This document shows, in pieces, positions 1-8,119 of a stretch of 23,966 nucleotides of DNA. Both the position numbers and the translations under genes were made by a program. The notes beneath the pieces are model-generated. The model was given only the letters and a program-made list of their open reading frames with translations. It made no database searches and was not told the DNA's origin. Each line of letters begins with the position of its first letter. Positions within the stretch are counted from its first letter, which is position 1. Source of the stretch: Candidatus Thorarchaeota archaeon (GTDB lineage: Archaea > Asgardarchaeota > Thorarchaeia > Thorarchaeales > Thorarchaeaceae); the NCBI GenBank assembly GCA_016840855.1, contig JAEORO010000066.1, positions 1 through 23,966 on the forward strand, given 5' to 3'.

Positions 1-2
1 GA

Positions 3-35
3 AAAACACAGAGCACGCTTGAGCAGTGGGTATGA
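3..35 (+). CDS. 3' end of a gene truncated by the window edge, ending in a PIP-box-like (PCNA-interacting) peptide KTQSTLEQWV*
   Basis: Frame starting at base 3 reads AAA ACA CAG AGC ACG CTT GAG CAG TGG GTA TGA. Q-x-x-L-x-x-W-V at the extreme C-terminus fits the archaeal PIP box QxxLxxW/FF of Fen1, RNase HII, PolB and RFC-L. Only 10 codons are visible. Confidence 0.5.
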   Translation, partial: KTQSTLEQWV

Positions 36-45
36 CTGTCTATCA

Positions 46-69
46 TCAGTGGACTCTCCAAGTCCCTGA
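46..69 (+). terminator. Stem-loop just downstream of the PIP-box gene stop (possible terminator or stability hairpin)
   Basis: TCAG-T-GGACT ctcca AGTCC-CTGA is a 9-bp stem with one bulge and a 5-nt loop. A T7 tract follows at 147-153. Confidence 0.3.
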
Positions 70-156
70 ATATCAAAACGATTGTAATTCATATACCGAA
101 GTTGCACTTTTGTACCCTCGTCAATCACAAAAAACCATCATAATGCTTTTTTTAAT

Positions 157-170
157 GAAAAATTAATTAA
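157..170 (+). promoter_or_regulatory. Candidate BRE/TATA promoter for the giant-protein operon
   Basis: GAAAAA followed by TTAATTAA inside a very AT-rich block (about 125-185). Confidence 0.4.
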
Positions 171-269
171 TGTACTTATTTTAGTCATCGGGGCTCCAAT
201 TAGGCCTTTTTTACATCAGTGTACCTCTATACTCCTGTAGATGAGTCTGAGTGAAAGTTTACGAATACT

Positions 270-346
270 CCATGTATCTTCATACATGTCATGAATGATT
301 CCGCATGCCGCTGGACATGGCGCAACAAAGACGCGGACATGGCGGA
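270..346 (+). promoter_or_regulatory. Structured, repeat-rich leader upstream of the operon RBS
   Basis: Perfect hairpin CATGTAT-cttc-ATACATG at 271-288. Direct repeat GGACATGGCG at 313-322 and 335-344. A 12-bp bulged stem pairs 300-311 with 333-346. Six CATG tetramers lie within 271-341. Confidence 0.4.
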
Positions 347-363
347 TGGAAGGATGTGATACC

Positions 364-963
364 TTGCAGACAGACATTGGTATGTTGATGGTTGCCAATC
401 TAATCTATTCGTTCAGTGTGACTCCAATTGTCATTGTTGGAGCAAGCATACTGAGAGGTCTGCTGTTACTCTCAGGTCAGAAGCGTGAGTTTGAGGACTG
501 GACCCGCAACAAGCTCATGACCTTCCTGACTATCATTTTTCTTCCAGGAACTCTTGCCTATATGGGGATACGCTTCCTAATCGCTAAGGTGTTCGGGGTC
601 AACATAGAAGACATTGGGAGTTCGTCGACCTATGGTGAAATCAATGTCTTCCTTAAGGTGGATAAACCACCACGAGTTGGTATCGTGTTAGTAGTCCTCT
701 TCCTAAACGTGGTTGCTGCAGTGTATACTGCGTTCACTCTGATTGTCCTGCCTGTGATGATATACATGGAAACATTGTGGATTGCTGTGTTCTGGTGGGT
801 AGCACTCGGAATACTGTTCAACTGCTCTCTTCGATCTGGGGATCTGTCCTTGATAGTGGCTGCTCTACGAAACAAACCACGGAGTGGAGTCATTGAGTTC
901 ATTGGTTTCATGATTATCATGGGCTTCATCTATTACACACTTTATGTGGGGGTGAGCGTGTGA
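364..963 (+). CDS. Multi-pass membrane protein, M50/zincin-peptidase-like scaffold lacking the HExxH metal ligands
   Basis: ORF track gives 295..963. TTG at 364 follows SD-like AGGATGTGA (351-359) and is preferred. About 5 hydrophobic segments. FLPGTLAYMGIRFLIAKVFGV aligns by eye to the FLPGTxxHExxHxLxAKxxGV pattern, and SLRSGDL to the distal SxxD motif. Confidence 0.75.
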   Translation: MQTDIGMLMVANLIYSFSVTPIVIVGASILRGLLLLSGQKREFEDWTRNKLMTFLTIIFLPGTLAYMGIRFLIAKVFGVNIEDIGSSSTYGEINVFLKVDKPPRVGIVLVVLFLNVVAAVYTAFTLIVLPVMIYMETLWIAVFWWVALGILFNCSLRSGDLSLIVAALRNKPRSGVIEFIGFMIIMGFIYYTLYVGVSV

Positions 964-1190
964 GCTGGCAGGAAAGGATCGAGAGAAATGTTCAGGCTCG
1001 GATAGATTCCGCTGTTCATTCTAACTCCCTACAAATGTCTCTTTCCAAAGGTCATCTGTCCCCCTCTCTCTCCGAGTCCGAGCCTGAGCACCACTCTGAC
1101 CGAGTTGTAGTCTATGAACCAGTTATCTCCAAGGCTCACCTCATAGAGATTATGATGACTGAGCAAGGATACAGGAGGAGCAAGCATTGA
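960..1190 (+). CDS. Small soluble hypothetical protein (76 aa), middle gene of the operon
   Basis: GTG start overlaps the upstream TGA (GTGA) with SD GGGGTGA. Its TGA overlaps the downstream TTG start (TTGA). Coupling on both sides supports a real gene. Confidence 0.7.
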   Translation: MSWQERIERNVQARIDSAVHSNSLQMSLSKGHLSPSLSESEPEHHSDRVVVYEPVISKAHLIEIMMTEQGYRRSKH

Positions 1191-4100
1191 AGCTTCGAGG
1201 TTTCATTATAGTGATTATCATACTTTCGATGATGAGTACTCTTGTAATAGTAGATCAACCATCTCAGTCAGGAATACACGTCGTTCAGAATGAATTAATG
1301 CATCCTGCAGCAGAGCCTGTAGTTTCAGTAGATTTTGGTCATTATATCATCATCGAGCTTCCGGGAGCTTTGCTGCCCTCTCATGGTCTAACACTTTCAT
1401 TATTCCTTACTGAACAGGGAATTGTACACGCCCTATACACTGTGAATGAAGTGTTGGCGAATCCTGCATTATTATCCAACGCTCAAGCTCTAATCATCGA
1501 TTCCAGTTGCGGGTCTGATGATGGGTCAGCTGTGAGTGAGGAGTTCATTGCGCTTCTGGTCCGAATGGACCTTCCCACTATCTTGGTCGGTCGTGCAGCA
1601 TGGCTTGTCCATAGACTCAGACAGACCAGTCCACCCTCAACCACTGCATCTATTGAGTCTTATTTGCAAACCACACCTGAGTTCAATGGGGCAGTGTTCC
1701 TCTCTCAACCAACGAGTCTTACAATTGGCTCACTCCTAACTGCGGAGACCGGTCTGACTCTACCCGTGGATGAAATACAGGCTGAACGGTCACGGTTGAT
1801 AGACCTCACGGGAACTACCACACCCGCAGCTCTCTCGCCATTACGATACGAGTCTTGGCCTCTCGATGTGTTCCTCATAGGTCCAGAAGATCCTACTCAG
1901 TGGACAGTGAATGGGAAGGGGCTCTTTGTGAACACTGTGGCTTATGCGACAGCTCTTCGAGAGACCTCTCTTGCTAATCTGTTCAGTTTAGTTCAGTCTA
2001 AAGAGGGACAGACTTTGGCTGGAGGGCTGCATCATTATCATACGCCCAACATTGAGGGCACATATCTCGCAGTCCACACAGTCCATGATCTTTCAACGTC
2101 TATAGTATTCTCATCATGGCGGTTGGACAACCAAGAACTCGTTCAAAATATTCTGGAGAGTCTCTATGAAGACTTTGGGAGTGAGGCTGGATTTGCAGAG
2201 TCTTTGTATGATAGTACAATATCAGTAGACACAACTGCAATGGGTCTCTGGCTTGTTACAGTTATGGGACTAGGTTCACAGTTTAGTGTCACAAAACTTA
2301 CTTCCTTCATAAGCACACGTCAGAGTGTAGATGGTGGGTTTTCAAACCATATGACAGTGTCATATCATGTCACTGAAGCGCTGTTTGAGAGCGGAGGGCT
2401 TGGTGCAATCAACACGGTTACTCTTGAGTCATGGCTACGATCATGCGTTGTAGATGGTGATACCGGAACTCCAGAAAACTGGGGTGGCATAGCTAAGAAC
2501 CCCATAATAGGTGAATCTCACAATATCTATTCCTCACAGTTTGTACTCTCACTCTGGATGTTAGGAAAGGCTCACACTGACCCGGCAAAGCTTACAGAAT
2601 GGATACTCGAAACAAGTAATGGTGATGGGTCCTTCAGAGATACAATCGGGGCGGACTTACATACAACAAGAGGAACTGCATCCGCTCTAACTACAATGTC
2701 TGTTTTGGGTACGTTGAATCCATCAAACACGACCTCCGGACTAGCTTGGTTCACTGCAAATCAATTGCCATCAGGAGGGTTTGGTATTGGGCTGGCAACA
2801 AATGATATTGTAGGAAAGACATGGGTCGCGGCTGAGGTTGCTGTGTGTTTGAAAGAACTGGGTTTAATCAATGGTCCAGTCGCAATGGGCATTTGCTCCT
2901 ATATTACTGCAGTACAGAACGAAGCAGGTTTTGAGCTCATGGAAGAGATACCTTCGTTGATGTGGTCCTACTGGTTGTCTGAAACGAATAGACTATCTCA
3001 CACAGGAAAGGTAGACAATAGTCTCATAGAGGACTATCTTCAAGGATTTGAAGGGACAGCATTAATTCAGTACCCTGGACATTCAAACCTATCAATTGTG
3101 ATAGCTCCTGAATATGACAATCAGCAGTATTATCTCTCTGGGGTGTGGGCTCAGTTTTTCGGCGTTGGTCTTGCTGATTCAGCAGTAGCCACACTCTCAC
3201 CTAGTCAGGTTTCTTCAATTACATTATATCTCTCAATGAGGCAAGCCTCAACAGGACACTACAAACCTTCAGTGGTTGGCCTTCCACATATGCAATATAC
3301 TGTGGCTGCGGTTGAAGCTCTGTTCCAGCTTGACGAGTTGGACACGATATGGTATAGATCTGCGTTAGAGTCAGAGGTTCTCTCTCTCTACTCCTCCGGA
3401 AGTTGGAGTCCTTCAGGATGGAATCTTGTTCCGTTTGCTGGCGTACAACCAGCAATTGACTTTTTGAGCACACGTACAGCCCTAAGACTTGGCCTCGTTA
3501 CACAAAGCATGGCATCAGAAATTGCGAGTACTATCGAGTCACGCTTGCAGTATAATGACCTCTGGACATTGAGTTGGGATGTCAAGACACTTGCCCTTCT
3601 GAATACAAGTGCTTTCTCTATTGGTCTTGATTCTATAGACCGTGAATCTATTCTCACTTGCTTAGGGTCTGCTTTTACTGAAGGTTGGTTTAATTCATCA
3701 ACCCTGTGGCAGCCTGTTTTCACAGCTGGAGTTTTTGAGATGTTGTCAATCCTTGGCTTGAGACCTCGAATGAATATCATAGAGGGGTGTTCACTCTCTG
3801 TATCTTTACCTAGTTCAGTTCAACTAGGCGAAACACTATACATTGGAGTATCCATTTACTCAATTCAATCATCATATTCAGTATTTGTGCATGCATTTGA
3901 CTCGTGGACTTTGTTCGAGAATGTCTTAGAAATAGATACTCTCTCACTCACCGTCCCCTCAAGCGTTGAGGCAATTGGAGTACAGGATATCTCACTGGTT
4001 GTTTGGAATTGGGGTATGTCAAGGGCTTTTGGCAGCGACATGACTGATGTTTTAGGATCAATGGAAGGCGCTCTAACAATCCAGACACCCTATATTGTGA

Positions 4101-7100
4101 GCGGCGATTCAATTTTGGGCACCGTATCATGGAACCTTTCAGGTGGTGGAGATGCTGGTTCTACAGATGTGACAATCAGACTGTCCAATGGGTCATACTT
4201 CAGCGACTTGACTTCAACGGAATTTAGTCCCTATGATTTCTCCATTCCCACTGATGGACTTGGAGCTGGTCCATACAATCTCATCATCACGCTTCGTAGA
4301 GATGGTTGCGATGACCTTGTACTCTGGAAAACGGTTTCGGTAGCAAACCCTGTATACACCTACATTTCTTCTATCTCACCCATACTAGGAGGGATCGGGA
4401 ATGTAACTCTGATACCCTTCTCGCTCAACTTGGAGTCCAATGGTTCCACCATTGTAGGCGAAACGGTGACTCTCACAATCTGGAATGAGAGTATGAACGT
4501 AGTCCACACGGATATGCTGGTGTCTGTTGATGGCTCCAAGGATTTCAGCTGGACTCCCTTGACACGAGGACAATACACCTTCAACCTCCATTTTACAAGG
4601 AATGATGTTCTTATGGGGAGTGAGTTCAATGGGACCATTGAGATATATGAGCAACCCTCCATCATGATTGAATTGGATGAGGTATTGATTGCTCCAGGCT
4701 CAGCCACACTCAAGGTTGTAGTACTGGATTCAGACATGGAGGGTCTCTCCGGAGCATCTGTTCATGTAATCGTCACGCTCAATGGTTCACCCATTCTTGA
4801 CTCAATAAGCAACACACTGGGCGATGGTTCACTCACATTCTCACTCGGTCTTTATACACCAGGGGCATTGGAAGTCACAATAGATATTCCAGCTGAAGGT
4901 TGGATACTAGAGATTTCTACTGATGCCTTGTATACAGTCCTTGGAGAAACAACTTTAGTGCTGAGTCTACCAGGACAACCAATCAAACAAGGAACCACAT
5001 TGGGAATCTCCGTTCTTGTACTGGACTGGACGAACTCCCCCCTCATCGGGGCAGAGGTGCAAGTGAAGGTTTCTTGGTATAATGGTACCGTGATTCGCTT
5101 AGTTATCACACATACTGGCTTCGATGGCACATGCCTAGTGTCCCACCCCTTCATCTTCGTTGGAGACTTTCGAATAGAAGCAGTATATGCTGGTTCCGGA
5201 CTTAATTCGTCAGCTAACAGCTCTGTAATCCAACGAGTGTATGTCGTTCCAACCATGATTCTCATTCATGATCCAACAGTTAATGTCGGGAATACCATAG
5301 AGTTCTTTGTTGGGATTAAAGACACATTTGGACAGTACATCATTGGAAGGACACTCAGCTTCTTCATCACCATAAGTGGTGTGACAGTTTTTCAGACTCA
5401 GGTGACATCTGTGAATGGGCTTGTAGCCATTATTTGGAGTCCATCAGAAAGAGGACTTGCTATGATTACACTCGTCCATAATGGCGATACTTTTTACCAA
5501 GCGAACTTCACTGATTCATCAATTTCAATCATGGAGGTGGTGGGTGGTACTATCGAGTTGAGTTCCTCAACAATTGATCTGTTTAATTCTGTGACCTTGA
5601 CTTACAGTCTTGTATCTACAGGTGATATTGAAGGAATAGATATTGTATTCCAAGTGTTGGGCATGGACCTTGTGCCAGTCTGGACCGAGCATGTACCAAC
5701 TGATGCTTCAGGTATTGCATGCGCAATGTATTATGCTGATGATGTACATGGGCTCCTAAAAGCAACAGCAGCTCCTGCAGATGACCAGTTTATGTTGGGT
5801 GGCGATAGACAGGTTGACCTGACTGTGAAGACTTATGTTCACACCGTGACTGACCTACTTCCCAAACCCCCATCGGTTGGACAGCTAATCGACTTGAACG
5901 TTATTCTAACAGATGATTTAGGAGTTCCAATTGATGGTCTGAGGATAACTGTCAAGCTCTACAACATCTACGACGAGTTGATTCTTACTCGTACAAAAGA
6001 TACAGTAGATGGCCTTGCTGTAGTGCAGTTCACTCCAACTCAGTGGGGACTTTACAGTGTAGAGATTTCCTCTAATGGAGGCCCCTCAGTGCATGATTTT
6101 ATTGAAGACAGGAATGATCATGAACACACAATCTATTGTCCAACAACCCTGATACTATTGATTGATAACACTGACATTGAGGTTGGAGAGAGTGTTCGAA
6201 TTATAACTCAGCTTCTCAATGTCTATGGCAATCCCCTTGTGGGTATGAATGTTAACTTGGTCATTGAAGGCGATGTTACTATAGGACCTGTGACACGTAC
6301 CACTAACTCATCTGGTTATGTGTCATGGGACGTAATCATCAATGAACAGGGTTTCTGGGAAGTACATGCTGCGTTTTATGGACTTGCCACATACTTGCCT
6401 ATGTCTGACTCCGTGGCGCTACACTCCAGTTTTGGCACGTCTGTTACCCTTGAGCTTCTAGATGATGGTGATATTATAGCTGGACTCATACCCCTGAATG
6501 TCAGTGTGCTTCTTCTGGACTCTGGAGGGACACCATTGGAAGGACGAACAATCCAGTGGGCTGCATATCATATTGTGCACGGTCTCTTAAGCAGCGGTAG
6601 TATCATTCAGCAAGGTGTGGAGCCTGAAATCATAGAGATATTACTCATGCGTGGTGGAAATTACACAGTTATTTTCTCCTTTGCAGGTTCGGCACACTAT
6701 CACTCATCCAATGCAGCCATAGACATTCTTGTGATGGGGACAAGTACCATACTCATCGATGGGCCTGCAGTTGCAGACCGAGCCAGTTTAGAAAATGTCA
6801 CAATATCAGTGATTGATGAGCTCGGATTCTTCTTGGATCTCAAAGCCTTACCAATTACAGTCACATTGACAAATGAAACTGGTTGTGTGGAGTTCACATC
6901 ATGGTTGAGTAGCGAAAGACTGGTTCTCAGTGTTTTCGGACTACATGTTGGTGATTACAATCTGAATGTCACGATAGCTGAATCAAACACTAGGATTGGC
7001 ACAGTGTTATTGTGGGAACTAAAGATTACAACACAGAGCGAGCTTCAAACAATGTTAGTAGACTTGTCCGGTATTGTCGGTCAGAAACATTCTGTTACAT

Positions 7101-8074
7101 TGCATCTTATAGACTCACTTAATGGCACTATGAGTGGCATGACGATTTGGGTAAGTCTCTACCGTCCCGACGGTGTAGAGGTTTACGGGAGCATTGGTGA
7201 TATGACACCAATTGGTCTTGTGAATGGTCTAGGGGAGGTTTCATGGACTCCTTCATGGACTGGGAATTACACACTCGTCATCCAGTACTTTGGTGATGAG
7301 TGGAGACTTCCAGCTATGATTTCGATAAGCGTACTAACTAGAAGGCTCACAACTCTCACAGTTCAGCCTCTGCAACCAGTGGACTACCCAATGAATGTGG
7401 AGATAGAAGCTACATTGTCCAGTACGTTGTCCAAGCTAGGAGGGGCTCAGATTTCCTTCGCAGTCCTTCTTGGAGAAGATTTAGTGATTCAACGGATAGA
7501 GAGTACGAATAGTAGAGGAGTATCTGTCACGTCCTTTGATGGCTTACTTGCGGGAGCATATATAATACGAGTCTATTATGCTGGTACCGACTCACTGGCT
7601 CCATGTATAGTGAACCTAGAACTTGAGGTACGACCAACTGTCAGCACCGATCTACTTCCTCTCACACAACCATATGTCAATTCGAACTGCAGTGTTAAGC
7701 TGTCTGTGGCTGTTCTTGGTGTAGATGCAGATTGGTTTGGTACGGTTGTGGTGACTGTATACAATCCACAGAACAATCTGCTACTAAATCATACTCTGCC
7801 TTTAGAGCCACTCTTTGAGCTCACATTATACATCGTTTTGAGAATAGAGGGTCAGTTTAGAGTCAACATAGCAATCATTGGACTACCAGTAGTGGAGATT
7901 TATGAGAATGAACTGCTGTTCATGTCAACATCAGTCCCAATGAGCGTGGTGCTTGATGCAGGCTCCACACCAGTAGTGGCTGGTGCTCCAATCATTACTC
8001 TAATCGGACTAGCTTTGAGAAAGAAACTGGGTGAGGCAATTGAAGGATTGCCCTCAGAATGGGGTGGCACATGA
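1187..8074 (+). CDS. Giant secreted, C-terminally membrane-anchored protein: N-terminal alpha/beta domain, prenyltransferase/squalene-cyclase-like alpha/alpha barrel repeats, multiple Ig-like domains
   Basis: 2295-aa open frame with SD AGGAGGAG at 1173-1180. Signal peptide MKLRGFIIVIIILSMMSTLVIV. QW-like repeats QSVDGGFS, NGDGSF, QLPSGGFG, QNEAGF, QASTGHY. Ig-repeat signatures DxxGxPLxG and Y/F-x-G-xxx-Y. C-terminal hydrophobic helix followed by RKK. More than 20 N-x-S/T sequons. Confidence 0.9.
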   Translation: MKLRGFIIVIIILSMMSTLVIVDQPSQSGIHVVQNELMHPAAEPVVSVDFGHYIIIELPGALLPSHGLTLSLFLTEQGIVHALYTVNEVLANPALLSNAQALIIDSSCGSDDGSAVSEEFIALLVRMDLPTILVGRAAWLVHRLRQTSPPSTTASIESYLQTTPEFNGAVFLSQPTSLTIGSLLTAETGLTLPVDEIQAERSRLIDLTGTTTPAALSPLRYESWPLDVFLIGPEDPTQWTVNGKGLFVNTVAYATALRETSLANLFSLVQSKEGQTLAGGLHHYHTPNIEGTYLAVHTVHDLSTSIVFSSWRLDNQELVQNILESLYEDFGSEAGFAESLYDSTISVDTTAMGLWLVTVMGLGSQFSVTKLTSFISTRQSVDGGFSNHMTVSYHVTEALFESGGLGAINTVTLESWLRSCVVDGDTGTPENWGGIAKNPIIGESHNIYSSQFVLSLWMLGKAHTDPAKLTEWILETSNGDGSFRDTIGADLHTTRGTASALTTMSVLGTLNPSNTTSGLAWFTANQLPSGGFGIGLATNDIVGKTWVAAEVAVCLKELGLINGPVAMGICSYITAVQNEAGFELMEEIPSLMWSYWLSETNRLSHTGKVDNSLIEDYLQGFEGTALIQYPGHSNLSIVIAPEYDNQQYYLSGVWAQFFGVGLADSAVATLSPSQVSSITLYLSMRQASTGHYKPSVVGLPHMQYTVAAVEALFQLDELDTIWYRSALESEVLSLYSSGSWSPSGWNLVPFAGVQPAIDFLSTRTALRLGLVTQSMASEIASTIESRLQYNDLWTLSWDVKTLALLNTSAFSIGLDSIDRESILTCLGSAFTEGWFNSSTLWQPVFTAGVFEMLSILGLRPRMNIIEGCSLSVSLPSSVQLGETLYIGVSIYSIQSSYSVFVHAFDSWTLFENVLEIDTLSLTVPSSVEAIGVQDISLVVWNWGMSRAFGSDMTDVLGSMEGALTIQTPYIVSGDSILGTVSWNLSGGGDAGSTDVTIRLSNGSYFSDLTSTEFSPYDFSIPTDGLGAGPYNLIITLRRDGCDDLVLWKTVSVANPVYTYISSISPILGGIGNVTLIPFSLNLESNGSTIVGETVTLTIWNESMNVVHTDMLVSVDGSKDFSWTPLTRGQYTFNLHFTRNDVLMGSEFNGTIEIYEQPSIMIELDEVLIAPGSATLKVVVLDSDMEGLSGASVHVIVTLNGSPILDSISNTLGDGSLTFSLGLYTPGALEVTIDIPAEGWILEISTDALYTVLGETTLVLSLPGQPIKQGTTLGISVLVLDWTNSPLIGAEVQVKVSWYNGTVIRLVITHTGFDGTCLVSHPFIFVGDFRIEAVYAGSGLNSSANSSVIQRVYVVPTMILIHDPTVNVGNTIEFFVGIKDTFGQYIIGRTLSFFITISGVTVFQTQVTSVNGLVAIIWSPSERGLAMITLVHNGDTFYQANFTDSSISIMEVVGGTIELSSSTIDLFNSVTLTYSLVSTGDIEGIDIVFQVLGMDLVPVWTEHVPTDASGIACAMYYADDVHGLLKATAAPADDQFMLGGDRQVDLTVKTYVHTVTDLLPKPPSVGQLIDLNVILTDDLGVPIDGLRITVKLYNIYDELILTRTKDTVDGLAVVQFTPTQWGLYSVEISSNGGPSVHDFIEDRNDHEHTIYCPTTLILLIDNTDIEVGESVRIITQLLNVYGNPLVGMNVNLVIEGDVTIGPVTRTTNSSGYVSWDVIINEQGFWEVHAAFYGLATYLPMSDSVALHSSFGTSVTLELLDDGDIIAGLIPLNVSVLLLDSGGTPLEGRTIQWAAYHIVHGLLSSGSIIQQGVEPEIIEILLMRGGNYTVIFSFAGSAHYHSSNAAIDILVMGTSTILIDGPAVADRASLENVTISVIDELGFFLDLKALPITVTLTNETGCVEFTSWLSSERLVLSVFGLHVGDYNLNVTIAESNTRIGTVLLWELKITTQSELQTMLVDLSGIVGQKHSVTLHLIDSLNGTMSGMTIWVSLYRPDGVEVYGSIGDMTPIGLVNGLGEVSWTPSWTGNYTLVIQYFGDEWRLPAMISISVLTRRLTTLTVQPLQPVDYPMNVEIEATLSSTLSKLGGAQISFAVLLGEDLVIQRIESTNSRGVSVTSFDGLLAGAYIIRVYYAGTDSLAPCIVNLELEVRPTVSTDLLPLTQPYVNSNCSVKLSVAVLGVDADWFGTVVVTVYNPQNNLLLNHTLPLEPLFELTLYIVLRIEGQFRVNIAIIGLPVVEIYENELLFMSTSVPMSVVLDAGSTPVVAGAPIITLIGLALRKKLGEAIEGLPSEWGGT

Positions 8075-8084
8075 AATAAGCAGT

Positions 8085-8109
8085 TGAAGCAGGTGTAGGG
8101 GTGGCTTCA
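8085..8109. terminator. Inverted repeat between convergent genes
   Basis: TGAAGC (8085-8090) pairs with GCTTCA (8104-8109) in the 45-bp gap between two stop codons. There is no clear U-tract. Confidence 0.2.
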
Positions 8110-8119
8110 TTTGGCAGAA

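Noticed and set aside
238-268. Hammerhead-ribozyme-like string TAGATGAG...CGAATAC
   Set aside because: The core needs CUGANGA and GAAA, but here it reads UAGAUGA and GAAU, and stem II does not pair.
120-345. Replication origin (AT-rich block plus repeats near a PIP-box gene)
   Set aside because: No ORB-like repeats with G-strings and no orc1/cdc6 gene in view. A promoter explains the AT-rich block.
295-350. Eukaryote/Asgard-type SECIS element (AUGA...GA around a stem)
   Set aside because: There is no unpaired AA at the top of helix II, the GA quartet is out of register, and no selenoprotein gene is evident upstream.
295-363. ATG 295 as start of the membrane protein
   Set aside because: There is no SD before 295, whereas TTG 364 has a well-spaced SD. 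The extension coincides with the repeat/hairpin region. Not fully excluded.
1187-8074. Alpha-2-macroglobulin/thioester protein or true squalene-hopene cyclase
   Set aside because: No CxEQ thioester motif and no DxDD motif were found. The domain order and extracellular topology do not fit either family.
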